Positions 1-9,554 of a DNA stretch of 41,446 bases are shown piece after piece; the first letter of the stretch is position 1, and every line of letters starts with the position of its first letter. The notes beneath the pieces are model-generated. The model saw only the letters and a program-made list of their open reading frames with translations, had not been told where the DNA came from and did no database searches. The stretch is from positions 1 to 41,446 of the forward strand of contig CAYWVJ010000003.1 of NCBI GenBank assembly GCA_964461825.1, in the 5' to 3' direction. The DNA comes from an uncultured Gammaproteobacteria bacterium. Lineage in GTDB: Bacteria > Patescibacteriota > Microgenomatia > UBA10105 > UBA927. A program made the position numbers and the translations under genes.

Positions 1-461
1 TGCTGCGCGCTGTCGAGTATACGCATTTTGCGTGTCATAAACTGTGTAAACAGGCGTTCGGAAAATACTTCCCCGTCGCCGGCAACATCGGCATATTCTG
101 CCATTTCGACGACGAATATGACTATCTAATCCGTCTCCGCAAAAAACTGACCGACGAATCCAAATCGGTTTTTGGAAAATATTTTTTGCTTTACGAACCG
201 ATCGTTTTATCTGACGCAATCTATACCCATTTATATATCAGAAAACCCGACGAGACTCATCCGCAGGTCGGCGACGTCGATTTTTATTTGAAACCGGATG
301 AGTATAAAAAACTGAAACAGTCAATGATAAGCGGAAAACACTATGCGGGCGCGCAGATATTTGACCGCGGCGATCTTGATATGATAGAACTCAAAAATCC
401 CGTTGTGGATGCGCTCGCATATGTCCGGACTGACGAAAAGCTCACCATTTTGGTAAAATAG
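1..461 (+). CDS. hypothetical protein, 5' end outside window
   Basis: Frame 3 is open from the window edge (LRAVEYTHFACHK...) through the listed 186..461 ORF to TAG at 459-461. No family recognised. Confidence 0.5.
   Translation, partial: LRAVEYTHFACHKLCKQAFGKYFPVAGNIGIFCHFDDEYDYLIRLRKKLTDESKSVFGKYFLLYEPIVLSDAIYTHLYIRKPDETHPQVGDVDFYLKPDEYKKLKQSMISGKHYAGAQIFDRGDLDMIELKNPVVDALAYVRTDEKLTILVK
451..459 (+). promoter_or_regulatory. candidate extended -10 promoter (TGGTAAAAT) for tRNA-Thr
   Basis: TGnTAAAAT lies 30 nt upstream of the tRNA 5' end and overlaps the stop of the preceding CDS. The same TGnTAnAnT pattern recurs upstream of three other genes in the window. Confidence 0.35.
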
Positions 462-489
462 CAGTGTGCCCGCCTTTCCGGCGAGGCAG

Positions 490-560
490 GCCTCCTTAGC
501 TCAGTGGCAGAGCAGCGGTATCGTAAACCGTAGATGTCAGTTCGATTCTGACAGGAGGCT
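490..560 (+). tRNA. tRNA-Thr (anticodon CGU)
   Basis: Manual cloverleaf. Acceptor GCCTCCT/AGGAGGC (7 bp), D stem GCTC/GAGC, anticodon stem GCGGT/ACCGT with loop ATCGTAA (anticodon CGT), T stem GTCAG/CTGAC with TTCGATT loop. No CCA is encoded. Confidence 0.9.
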
Positions 561-568
561 CAGACACT

Positions 569-1279
569 ATGGCATATTCGCGATTATCGCGGTTGGAGAT
601 GCGAAAGGAGCGCCGAAGGCTCACCATGGCAATCGGCGGCATCGTCGGCGTGGTTTTGCTGGTCGGCGCATTCGGACTCAAAGCCCTCGTGGGATTCAGC
701 GTGTTCGTCGATAAACTCCGCGGAGGCGTGCCTACGCCCACACCCGGCGCTTCCTTCATTTTGCCCCCGACGCTCGATCCGCCGTACGAAGCCACCAATA
801 CCGCAACGATTTCCGTAACCGGCAAAGGCTCGGCAAACCTTACGCTCATCGTGTACCTCAACAACGCCGAATTTAAAAAACAGGCGGTGCCGGCAGACGG
901 AAAATTTACGGTGAGTTCGGTGCCGCTGTCCGACGGGACAAATTCGATAAGCGCGAAGCTTACGGACGACCGCGGCAACACGAGCGATCTGTCCAACGTC
1001 GTCAGCGTCATATACGCCAGCAAACCGCCGAAACTCGACGTAACTGCGCCCTCAGACAACGCAACCGTTACCGGCGATCCGAATTCCGTAACCGTTTCCG
1101 GCACAACCGATGACGGCGTAACCATTACGATAAACGACAGATTTGTGGTCATCCGCAGCGACAGCAGTTTCAGCTACAATTTTCCCCTGAACGACGGCGA
1201 TAACACGCTCACGATCGTCGCAACCGATAAAGCGGGCAATCAGACGAAAATTACGAGGAAAGTAACCTACCGCCGCTGA
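569..1279 (+). CDS. membrane-anchored surface protein with two tandem bacterial Ig-like domains
   Basis: Basic N-terminus (RKERRR) followed by a hydrophobic helix (MAIGGIVGVVLLVGAFGL). Then two beta-rich repeats ending in motifs such as TVSGTTDDGVTITIN and NTLTIVATDKAGNQT, typical of Big-type domains. Confidence 0.7.
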   Translation: MAYSRLSRLEMRKERRRLTMAIGGIVGVVLLVGAFGLKALVGFSVFVDKLRGGVPTPTPGASFILPPTLDPPYEATNTATISVTGKGSANLTLIVYLNNAEFKKQAVPADGKFTVSSVPLSDGTNSISAKLTDDRGNTSDLSNVVSVIYASKPPKLDVTAPSDNATVTGDPNSVTVSGTTDDGVTITINDRFVVIRSDSSFSYNFPLNDGDNTLTIVATDKAGNQTKITRKVTYRR

Positions 1280-2345
1280 CTTCCGTGGCGCCGGCAACAA
1301 TCCATACCCAGATCATAATCCATGGATAGAACGCGCTGTTGACGAAAAAACTGTCAACCAAAATCGCGGTAATAAATACGGCCATTTCGCCCCCGGACCG
1401 CGCGAGCGACCAGAGCAGAAATCCGAATGCGGCAAGCCCAATGACACCCGTCGTTGCGGCAACGAATATCATGCTGCTGTCCAGCCCGAACCCGATCACG
1501 CTGCGGACGGTATTAAATCCGTAGCCGAACAGCGGTTTTTCCTGCCAGAGCGCCAGACCCTCGTGCCAGTTGGCAACGCGCGCCAATGCCGAATCCGTGC
1601 GCAGGATATCGAGCGTGCTTCCGGCAGTCTTCGGCAGAACGACGACGATCGCAATAAATACGGCGATACCGGCCATAAGAATTTTTTTCCGCCTCAGTAC
1701 CGCGTATGCAGTGATACCCGCAATAAACGCAAGCCAGCTGCCGCGCGAATACGTAAGAAGCAGCGCAACAAATGCGATAAGTTCTCCTGCGATTCCCCAT
1801 GGTTTCTTAAGAAATGAAAAACCCAAAAGCAGCGTCAGCACCAGAAATATGCCGGCAAAGTTCGGATCGAGGAACGTGCTAAACAGCCGGTAATAATGGG
1901 GATCCCAGCCCAGATAGGAAAGGTTGCGCAAATCCGGATACAGCCAGAATTGCAAAAGTCCCAGTACGGCAACGCCGACGCCTGCGGCAAACAGCCCCCG
2001 CAGCCAGAAACGTCCGCTCAGAAATTTCTGGACCACGAGGACGTACAGCGCCGCGTACAGCAGCCACCGGCCAAGATAAAGAGCACCGGACCAGAGCGCC
2101 GCCGCGGAAAATTGCCCCGAATTGGTCACGAGCGAAAGGACGCCGGCAAGCGCAAAAAGCGCAATCGGCAAAAGGAGCCTGGGTCTTACGAATTTACCGC
2201 GCATCGCATACCGCACAAACCCTTCGATAAGCAGCGCGGCAAGCGCGACGTCGTGCAGGTATAGGACGATACCCGGCGAGGCGCGTATGGCGCCCAGCTG
2301 CCCCAACAGAAGACTGCCCAAAAAAAATACGCTGAGCCATTTCAT
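1251..2345 (-). CDS. O-antigen ligase / O-oligosaccharyltransferase-like (Wzy_C domain) polytopic membrane protein
   Basis: Multi-helix protein with the Wzy_C-type segment LLLTYSRGSWLAFIAG. Start trimmed to ATG 2345 (MKWLSVFF...), which overlaps the upstream GT2 stop as ATGA. The 2504 start would run 160 nt into that gene. Confidence 0.75.
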   Translation of the reverse strand: MKWLSVFFLGSLLLGQLGAIRASPGIVLYLHDVALAALLIEGFVRYAMRGKFVRPRLLLPIALFALAGVLSLVTNSGQFSAAALWSGALYLGRWLLYAALYVLVVQKFLSGRFWLRGLFAAGVGVAVLGLLQFWLYPDLRNLSYLGWDPHYYRLFSTFLDPNFAGIFLVLTLLLGFSFLKKPWGIAGELIAFVALLLTYSRGSWLAFIAGITAYAVLRRKKILMAGIAVFIAIVVVLPKTAGSTLDILRTDSALARVANWHEGLALWQEKPLFGYGFNTVRSVIGFGLDSSMIFVAATTGVIGLAAFGFLLWSLARSGGEMAVFITAILVDSFFVNSAFYPWIMIWVWIVAGATEVSGGRLLSS

Positions 2346-3088
2346 GGTTTGTGCCACAAAAGCCATAATTTTGCGCGCGTGAGGAACGAATGCATGCTCA
2401 TCATGACGGCCACGATTGCTCCGGGCGTGCCGTCGAGGAACCCCGCATACCATACGTAGTCGACGAAAAACTTGGCGGCCGGATACGCAAGGATGTGCCA
2501 CCACGGCACATGAATGTTTTTTTCATAGAGATACTTTGCATTCATCGTTGAATACACATTTATTTCGTCGATAAATTGTGCGACGTTAGGATGGGGGAAA
2601 TGGTCGAGGGGATTCACGAGCGTCCCGACCGTTCCTTTAACGTTCCATGTTTCGTGCACCGGCCGGTCCCAGACGCCTGCACCCTTTTTTGCGAGCCGCA
2701 CTAACCGGACGCTCCCCGTTTCCCCGTGCAGGAGCCTGCGGCCGTACATCCAGTCCTGGCGTTTAAGATAAAATCCCGCACAGTCAATGGCGACCGCCTT
2801 CCGGATTTCTCCGGCCAGTTTCGGCGACACAATTTCATCGCTGTCAACAAACAATATCCACTGGCCGACCGTCTTTGATAATCCGAAATTGCGCTGCGCG
2901 GCAAAATCGCCGTTGAGACGGCGTTTGTACACGACGGCACCGGCTTTTTTGGCGCACTGCACAGAGTCATCGGTTGAGAAATCGTCGATAACGATGCGCT
3001 CTGCGCAGAACGCGACGCTTGCCAGAGTTTTGGTTATCGAACGGCCGCTGTTGTGCGATAATATAACGGCGGAAATCACTGATCCCAT
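2342..3088 (-). CDS. glycosyltransferase family 2
   Basis: ISAVILSHNSGRSITKTL...IVIDDFSTDDS...ILFVDSDE are GT2 (GT-A, DxD) hallmarks. Start set at ATG 3088 (MGSVISAVIL). Confidence 0.85.
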   Translation of the reverse strand: MGSVISAVILSHNSGRSITKTLASVAFCAERIVIDDFSTDDSVQCAKKAGAVVYKRRLNGDFAAQRNFGLSKTVGQWILFVDSDEIVSPKLAGEIRKAVAIDCAGFYLKRQDWMYGRRLLHGETGSVRLVRLAKKGAGVWDRPVHETWNVKGTVGTLVNPLDHFPHPNVAQFIDEINVYSTMNAKYLYEKNIHVPWWHILAYPAAKFFVDYVWYAGFLDGTPGAIVAVMMSMHSFLTRAKLWLLWHKP

Positions 3089-3096
3089 TCTACCAC

Positions 3097-4086
3097 ATGA
3101 AACAGGCGCACAGGATTCTGATCGCAATTGCCGCGCTGTACATCGCGGGCTACGCATTCCACGCGTGGTACCTCAGAAAAACCGTCTACGGAGACGGCAG
3201 CTACTATTATGCGTGGCTTACGGGCTCTGCGAGTAAATTTTCGGTGGGCCCGGCGATAGCGTGGGCACCGGTATACATCGCAACGCGCAGCGAATTTGCC
3301 GTGGGCGCCGTGAGCGTTTTGGCCGCGATTTTCGGGCTTACGCTCCTGTACACCATGCTTGCACAGTCATTTTCGCCGGCCGTAAGTATCGCGAGCGTCG
3401 CGGCAGTGGCACTTGCCTCAAATCTGTTGTTTTACGGATCGCTGGACGCGGTTAATTCCCACGCGCTGTCGTTTTTTGCCGTCACGGTATTTTTGGCAAT
3501 GCTCCGCTGCCGCCGGTGGTTTGCCGTCGGCGCAACTCTTGGCGTCGTCGCGCTCATGCGCGCGCAGGATCTCGCATTCGGCATTCTCATCATTCCGCTG
3601 CTTACGAAAAAAACCGTTCTGCCTGTCGCAGCGGGATTTTTGCTCGCATTTGCACCGCAGCTTGCAGCCTGGCAGCTGGTGTCGGGGAAATTCTGGGTAA
3701 GCCCGTACCTTGTGCGCGAGGGATTTATACTCACCCGGCCGCACATACTGGACGTGTTGTTCGGCCGCGGAAACGGTCTGTTTTTGTGGACGCCGGCGGC
3801 GATGCTTGGGGCGGCAGGACTTATCACCTTCAAACGCTACGCGTACCTCATTGTTTTTCTTGCGGAGCTTTTCATCGTTGCGACGTGGAGCACGTGGTGG
3901 CAGGGCGCGAGTTACTCGGGCCGCATGTTTGTGAGCAGTCTGCCGCTCCTTGCGTACGGCATCGCCCATGTATTCTCGTGGCTTGAAACGCGCCGCTTCG
4001 GTCTTTTACACTTTTTCCTCATTATCGTCGCACCGCTTTCGCTCGTAAACGCCGTCAGCATCCTCTATTTTTTACTCACGCAGTAA
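3097..4086 (+). CDS. polytopic membrane protein, possibly a GT-C fold glycosyltransferase
   Basis: 329 aa, almost entirely hydrophobic helices. First loop is YGDGSYYYAWL. Sits inside a glycosyltransferase cluster. The function is inferred from context only. Confidence 0.55.
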   Translation: MKQAHRILIAIAALYIAGYAFHAWYLRKTVYGDGSYYYAWLTGSASKFSVGPAIAWAPVYIATRSEFAVGAVSVLAAIFGLTLLYTMLAQSFSPAVSIASVAAVALASNLLFYGSLDAVNSHALSFFAVTVFLAMLRCRRWFAVGATLGVVALMRAQDLAFGILIIPLLTKKTVLPVAAGFLLAFAPQLAAWQLVSGKFWVSPYLVREGFILTRPHILDVLFGRGNGLFLWTPAAMLGAAGLITFKRYAYLIVFLAELFIVATWSTWWQGASYSGRMFVSSLPLLAYGIAHVFSWLETRRFGLLHFFLIIVAPLSLVNAVSILYFLLTQ

Positions 4087-5148
4087 GCGCGTGTAGACGG
4101 CGGCAAGTTTAGCGGCGCCGATGCGGATATCGTGGACATCAAGCGCCCGGCTGCGCGCATGCTTCCCGTATGCATCCCGTTTTTTGGGGTGCAGGATAAA
4201 ATCACTGACTGCCGCTTCGATTGCCCGTACGTCTCCGGGCGCGACGATAACGCCGGCATTGCCGACGTTTTCCGGAATGCCGCCGGTTTTTGTCGTCACG
4301 ATCGGCAGCCCGGCGGCCTGGGCCTCCAGCAGCGCGGTGCAGTATTGTTCCTCATACGTGGGCGTTGGTTTGCTGGGGGCGACGAATATGTCCGCCCCGC
4401 GGTACACGTCCGGCATCGCATCGTACGAAACGCGGGAAACCTCAATCCAGCCGGGAATTTTCGACTCCTGACTGCCCGTGCCGACCATGCGCACCGTAAT
4501 CGGATAAGTTTTGCGCAGCCGGCGGGCCGCCTCGATAAAATCAAAAATCCCTTTCTCATACTCAAACCTGCCGACGAAAAGCAGCGTAAGTTTTTTGTGA
4601 CGCGCCCGTTCCGGCGTAAACCGTTTGGTATCCACAAAATGACTGATGACCGAAATTTTTTCGGGATCCGCGCCCTCGGCAATGAGCGCCCCGCGGGCTT
4701 TTTCTGTGAGGGCGATGATGTGGTCCAGTTCCCGCCTGGCCCGCGCCTTAAACGCGGATCTACCCCGGATTCCTTCGTTGTTGAACGGGATGGTTTCCAG
4801 TTCTGTCGCGATCACTTTTTTTACGTAGCCCTTTTGCTTTGCGTCCAGACACTGCTGCGTGTAGTGAAAATACGTTTCCGCCGTGTGCACGAGATCGAAT
4901 CCACGAAGTTTATCCTCAAGCCCCAGTAAATAGTGCGCGTCAGTAAACAGCCGGTTGAGGAGGCTCATTTTGTACGGGAAATCCGGAACGTCCACCGGCG
5001 AGGGAAGTTTGACGACCGGGAACGCAAACCGGTCGTGGTACGCTGTGAGCGACCCGAACGCCGTGACGGAAAATTTTTCCGCCAGCGGTTCAAAGAACTG
5101 CATCTCGTATCTGTTCAGAAATTTTCCCCTGACGACGGCGATTTTCAT
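4072..5148 (-). CDS. glycosyltransferase family 4 (GT-B, Glycos_transf_1)
   Basis: LLFVGRFEYEKGIFDFIEA...EEQYCTALLEAQAAGLPIVTTKTGGIPENV is the classic GT4 C-terminal E-x7-E region. ATGA overlap with the upstream gene at 5145-5148. Confidence 0.85.
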   Translation of the reverse strand: MKIAVVRGKFLNRYEMQFFEPLAEKFSVTAFGSLTAYHDRFAFPVVKLPSPVDVPDFPYKMSLLNRLFTDAHYLLGLEDKLRGFDLVHTAETYFHYTQQCLDAKQKGYVKKVIATELETIPFNNEGIRGRSAFKARARRELDHIIALTEKARGALIAEGADPEKISVISHFVDTKRFTPERARHKKLTLLFVGRFEYEKGIFDFIEAARRLRKTYPITVRMVGTGSQESKIPGWIEVSRVSYDAMPDVYRGADIFVAPSKPTPTYEEQYCTALLEAQAAGLPIVTTKTGGIPENVGNAGVIVAPGDVRAIEAAVSDFILHPKKRDAYGKHARSRALDVHDIRIGAAKLAAVYTRLLRE

Positions 5149-6485
5149 AATTGTCCGACCGAAAAGAAATCACGGATGCGCCGGTATATCGGAAGTATTC
5201 CGGACGCGCTCCTGACCGGCGAACTTTTCCCCTCCGGCTCGCGGACCACGTAGCGCATATCGGTAAATATGCGGCCATCCTTCCACAACCGGTAGTCGTT
5301 TTCGCTCATCGGCTGCGTCGGATGGAAAAAATACTGCTCGAGAATGTCGCCGGAATAATTCACCACGCCGACTTTTTCGTACGGCGCGAGATTTTTATCA
5401 ATGGCAATTGCCCTGTCGAACTGCCAGAACTGCTTTCGCACCTGCGCAAGTTTGAAATAATTGACGCCGACGGACCAAAGTACGATCGCCGCAACGATCC
5501 ACCACGACGAATGTTTTCGCATCCAGAGGGCGCCGGCAAACGAGAAAAACGGGATAAAATAAAACAGAAAATACGCATCCTCCCACGTCACGGTCGGCAA
5601 TACGATAACGTTCATGAGGCCGTAGAGGAAAAAAAACCAGAGTACGCGGTTCTTTTTTACAAAGAGCCAAACGAGCGAGAACGGCGTAAAGTACGTGATG
5701 AAACGCACGATGGAAATCGCAAAAAGCCGCACCGGCCAGACCGGCAAAGACGTAAGCGTCGGAGTGAGCGTATGTACGCCGACGGCGCCAGAAAGTTCGC
5801 GCAGCCCTCCCTGCAGACGGTACACCAACAGCACGAACCCGCCGATCGTAATGGCAGCAGCCGCGGCATAGACCAGAAACGGCCGCACGACCCGCCTCCC
5901 GAAGGCCGCGAACGGAACGAAAATATAGAGTACCCCCCAGTCCGTTAAACCCGAGAGAACCGTAAAAACGAAGACCGCATACAGGTATTTCGCCGCGGGT
6001 TTTTGAAGATACCGAAGAACGAAATATATGATGCAAAGATTAAAAAATAAACTTCCCTGTTCAAAAAATATGTATTTCCAGAAATACGTCGTCATGGGGA
6101 ATATGGCGGCAACGGCTGCCGCCCACAGCGCAGTTTGTTTGTTCCAGACGAGTTTACCGATCACATAGATAAGGAATATGTCGCCCGCGAGGAAGAAAAA
6201 ATTCGTGACGTGCACGACCCAGTTTTGAAAACCAAACAGCAGGAACGGTACGGCCGAAAGCGTAAAGATGAGCGGCGGATGATGGAGGTAGAACGGAACC
6301 GTTGCCGGCAGTTTTTCGCCGGCAAAATACGTCGGTAAAAAACTGAGCCTCGCAAAACCGAACCGTACGAAATTTTTTGCGGCGAGCGTCAGATAATTAT
6401 TGTTTGCGTTGTATCCGCCGGCAAACGGATAATTTATTCCCCACAAACTAAGAATGAGCGCTGCGCTGAGTAATAACTTCGTCAT
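5145..6485 (-). CDS. GT-C type (ArnT/PMT, GT39-like) membrane glycosyltransferase
   Basis: About 445 aa and polytopic. N-terminus MTKLLLSAALILSLWGINYPFAGGYNANNNYLTLAAKNFVRFGF resembles ArnT/PMT_2 family openings, with a C-terminal soluble tail. Start chosen at ATG 6485. Confidence 0.6.
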   Translation of the reverse strand: MTKLLLSAALILSLWGINYPFAGGYNANNNYLTLAAKNFVRFGFARLSFLPTYFAGEKLPATVPFYLHHPPLIFTLSAVPFLLFGFQNWVVHVTNFFFLAGDIFLIYVIGKLVWNKQTALWAAAVAAIFPMTTYFWKYIFFEQGSLFFNLCIIYFVLRYLQKPAAKYLYAVFVFTVLSGLTDWGVLYIFVPFAAFGRRVVRPFLVYAAAAAITIGGFVLLVYRLQGGLRELSGAVGVHTLTPTLTSLPVWPVRLFAISIVRFITYFTPFSLVWLFVKKNRVLWFFFLYGLMNVIVLPTVTWEDAYFLFYFIPFFSFAGALWMRKHSSWWIVAAIVLWSVGVNYFKLAQVRKQFWQFDRAIAIDKNLAPYEKVGVVNYSGDILEQYFFHPTQPMSENDYRLWKDGRIFTDMRYVVREPEGKSSPVRSASGILPIYRRIRDFFSVGQL

Positions 6486-7446
6486 ATAGCTGCCGGGCAA
6501 ACTCCCGCCAGCTTCGATTATACACCGGCGGTTTTTTTGGTGAACCAAGCGCACGGACCGCTTCCGCTTCCGTCGTAAACCCTTTCCTTCCCATTATTTC
6601 GGGGAGCGCTCCGGCGTTGGCAAATACGACGGGGCAGCCCGAAGCCGCCGCCTCAACCGCCGGCAGACAAAATCCTTCCCATTTGCTCGTAACCAAAAGC
6701 GCGTGCGCGCCGCGGTAGTACGCGGCAAGTTCGCGGTCGGACACAAACCCCTTCCACGCGACGTGCTCGTGTTTTGAAATCGATCCAATTTCCGGATCGA
6801 GCCAGTAATCGCCGCCGATGATAATGAGATTATACGGTTTTTTCGTCAGGTCGCGGAATTTCCGGAAGATGCGGATAGCCTGCGGTACGTTTTTTATCCG
6901 CTTTATGGCGCCGACAAACAGAACGTACGGATGTGTTTCCCTGTGTATGTTGCCTCTGCGGGAAAAATGTCCGTCAACGCCTTCGTACACGACGCGCACG
7001 TCCGCGTGACGGATGTCGCGTGCGGTTGCGCGGGAAAACGTGACGATGGTATCGGCAACGCGTATGAGTTGCTCTGTCTGTTTTTTTAGACGCGAGTAGG
7101 AATCCGGATATGCGTCGGGGTAATGAAGAAACCCAACGTCGTGAACAAACCCGACGGTGCGCGCGGTCGTTTTCGGAAGCATCTGCGACAGCCCTAAAAA
7201 TACGTCAACGGGACGGCGCGCAAGCGCCAGCGGCAGCCAGAATTTCGACCAGCCGCGTTCGGGCAGCAGCACCGGCTTCATGCGCGGGGAAAAGCGCGGA
7301 ATCGGCCGCCAGGCGTACAGGCGGTATTCGTTTGTTCTGTCGATGGCGGCAAGCTCGCGAAGCAGATTGTACGTCACGCGCCAGACGCCGACCTTTAGCC
7401 GTTCGTCGGCAACCGACAGTGCACCTGCATCAACGCCGATAATCAT
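6448..7446 (-). CDS. glycosyltransferase family 4
   Basis: VLFVGAIKRIKNV...LLVTSKWEGFCLPAVEAAASGCPVVFANAGALPEI matches GT4. The track start at 7467 is a TTG; ATG 7446 (MIIGVDAG) is preferred. Confidence 0.85.
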   Translation of the reverse strand: MIIGVDAGALSVADERLKVGVWRVTYNLLRELAAIDRTNEYRLYAWRPIPRFSPRMKPVLLPERGWSKFWLPLALARRPVDVFLGLSQMLPKTTARTVGFVHDVGFLHYPDAYPDSYSRLKKQTEQLIRVADTIVTFSRATARDIRHADVRVVYEGVDGHFSRRGNIHRETHPYVLFVGAIKRIKNVPQAIRIFRKFRDLTKKPYNLIIIGGDYWLDPEIGSISKHEHVAWKGFVSDRELAAYYRGAHALLVTSKWEGFCLPAVEAAASGCPVVFANAGALPEIMGRKGFTTEAEAVRALGSPKKPPVYNRSWREFARQLYDEVITQRSAHS

Positions 7447-8779
7447 AGATGGTAATGGCAGCGTCAATGGGTATTGTGCTATACCGCGGGTTGTTTTGCA
7501 AAAAACTTATGGTTTTTTTCAGGTACGTTTCCGGCAGACCTTTACCGAACGCATTTATGCCGTTATCGATAAGAATCATCCGCACGTCATTTTTCCGGAT
7601 ATCGTCAATCAGCCGGTCTTCGCTTCCGGGCTGCATACAGGGACCGGTGTAGGTAAAATAGGTACCCAACAGGCGCCCGGTTGTAAGATACACCTCTGCG
7701 TTCCCCGGCAAAATGATTATCTTTTCACCCGGCTGCGAATACGTTTCCACCAGCCGGCGGTAGCGGTCCGCAGTGGTATCGTTCTGCCGCAGCATTGCCG
7801 CGTAATTGGTCACGCCAAGCCATAACAAAAGCACAAAGACCGCAGCCACGGTGCGCGTCTTTTTTTGCACAGTCATCCACGCAAGACCAAACATGGTATA
7901 CGCGCCCAGATGAAACCCGTCGGGACGGATAAACAACAGCCCCGCAAGAAGTATCATTACGGCATTTCTTTGCCAAAGCAGCCATATCGCCAGCGTAATT
8001 TCCAGCGCAACGGCTGCAGTGCGGTAATCGGTGATTGACCCGCGGATAAGCGGCGAAAAATATCGCCGGTATAATTCCCACGCCGACCCTGCGCAGCCCG
8101 GATAATACCGGATGTTGTACACGATAACGCTTTGGATGTAATCGCGCAGGTTAACCGATAAGAACAGAAGCCCTGCGGGAAGTACCGTTGCGGCAACAAG
8201 CGCGGTCCGCCCCGAACGCCGGTGCACGATAAAAAAGACCATAAGCACAAGTCCGACCGCAGTAAAAAGCGGATTTGCCGTCAGAAAAACAAACTGTGTC
8301 AGCGTGAACAGCAGCCAAAACGCGTATCCGGACATGCGCTTATGCATGGTAATAAGAAGAACGGCCGTAAGCGCAGCAAAAACAACGAGCGTATCCGCCA
8401 GTACCAGATGATAGCTGTAATGCGGCGCAAGAAGTGCGTACGCCAAAAGTAACATGAGCGGCGCGGCGTACGATTTGGTGTAGCGCCGGTATAGTAAAAG
8501 AATGCCGATAAAAACTGCATAAAATATGAACCGCGGCACGGATACGCCGCACGTGCCGGTTACCCTGTAGATGCCGGCGGTTACGTAGTAAATAAGCGGA
8601 TTATGCTGGGAAATAAATGACGAATACGGACGCAGACCCCGCAGCATAAGACACCCTCCAAGCATCGCTTCTGCGCTGTCGGACAACGGCCCGAACGGCA
8701 CGATAAAAATCCCGACGACGAAAACGAGGAAAACGAACGCGGCAGCGGCAAGGTTATGCCGAATATTTTCTGATGCCAT
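7430..8779 (-). CDS. polytopic membrane protein with a C-terminal soluble domain, possibly a GT-C glycosyltransferase
   Basis: 449 aa. About 340 aa of hydrophobic helices followed by a soluble ~100-aa tail. Embedded between GT4 and GT2 genes with overlapping ends. Confidence 0.55.
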   Translation of the reverse strand: MASENIRHNLAAAAFVFLVFVVGIFIVPFGPLSDSAEAMLGGCLMLRGLRPYSSFISQHNPLIYYVTAGIYRVTGTCGVSVPRFIFYAVFIGILLLYRRYTKSYAAPLMLLLAYALLAPHYSYHLVLADTLVVFAALTAVLLITMHKRMSGYAFWLLFTLTQFVFLTANPLFTAVGLVLMVFFIVHRRSGRTALVAATVLPAGLLFLSVNLRDYIQSVIVYNIRYYPGCAGSAWELYRRYFSPLIRGSITDYRTAAVALEITLAIWLLWQRNAVMILLAGLLFIRPDGFHLGAYTMFGLAWMTVQKKTRTVAAVFVLLLWLGVTNYAAMLRQNDTTADRYRRLVETYSQPGEKIIILPGNAEVYLTTGRLLGTYFTYTGPCMQPGSEDRLIDDIRKNDVRMILIDNGINAFGKGLPETYLKKTISFLQNNPRYSTIPIDAAITIYDYRR

Positions 8780-9554
8780 CGTAAATTCCCTTCCACGGCG
8801 TACTCACCGACCGCACACTTACCTCCCTGCCGAATCCGAACATGCAGCGGAGGATCCAGCTGATTTTCGTGAGCATGAATATGGGAAGCAACACCGCCGG
8901 CCGGTGTTTCAGGAAATAATATGTTTCATTGCTGAAAAAGTCGAAATACCAGGTAAGCCGGCCTTCGCTTTTGCGCGCACCGCCGGCTGCGGCCCGTACG
9001 TGCTCGACAACGGCCACAGGCTCAAACAGTATCGTATAGCCCAAACCTTTGGCGCGAAGCGACAGGTCCGTTTCCTCCCGCAGCGCATTGCCGGTAAACT
9101 TTTCGTCTACTCCCCCAAGCGCCAGAAACACGTCTCTTCGCCAGCACATGTTGCACCCGATCACGCTGTCAATTTCCTGACGGATCTCGGACGAATACCC
9201 GCCGCTGACGCCGCCCAAAAATCCGACTCTCCCGACGTGCGTGCTCATCGGTTCTGACTTTTGTCCACGCGTCAGTACCCGGCCGGACGTTGCGGCAATC
9301 TTCGGATCGCGGAAATTCTTTCGGTGGGCGTTAATAAGTCCCGGTCGCGCGATCACGTCATCGTCTAAAAAAAGCAACAAATCGCCTTTTGCTTTTTTTG
9401 CGCCCGCGTTTCGCGCGTGCGTCATGCTCGGCCTGGTAATTTGGCGCATGACGATTATTTCCAGAATATCGCGCCGTTCCCTTTTAAGCGACGCGATCGC
9501 CCGGTGCAGTTCGTTCTCGCGTTTGTACGTCGGGATGATAACGGAAACTTTCAT
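8754..9554 (-). CDS. glycosyltransferase family 2
   Basis: MKVSVIIPTYKRENELHRAIASL...LLLFLDDDV is the GT2 signature. ATGA overlap with the upstream GT4 at 9551-9554. Confidence 0.85.
   Translation of the reverse strand: MKVSVIIPTYKRENELHRAIASLKRERRDILEIIVMRQITRPSMTHARNAGAKKAKGDLLLFLDDDVIARPGLINAHRKNFRDPKIAATSGRVLTRGQKSEPMSTHVGRVGFLGGVSGGYSSEIRQEIDSVIGCNMCWRRDVFLALGGVDEKFTGNALREETDLSLRAKGLGYTILFEPVAVVEHVRAAAGGARKSEGRLTWYFDFFSNETYYFLKHRPAVLLPIFMLTKISWILRCMFGFGREVSVRSVSTPWKGIYDGIRKYSA

Noticed and set aside
466-1152. ORFs 466..714 (+) and 496..1152 (-).
   Set aside because: They overlap tRNA-Thr and the well-supported Ig-like protein gene. They have no motifs and a biased composition.
3089-3096. 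Only 8 nt between the divergent starts of the GT2 (3088) and the membrane protein (3097).
   Set aside because: This could indicate mis-called starts or promoters embedded in coding sequence. I could not find convincing -10 elements on either side, so no claim is made.
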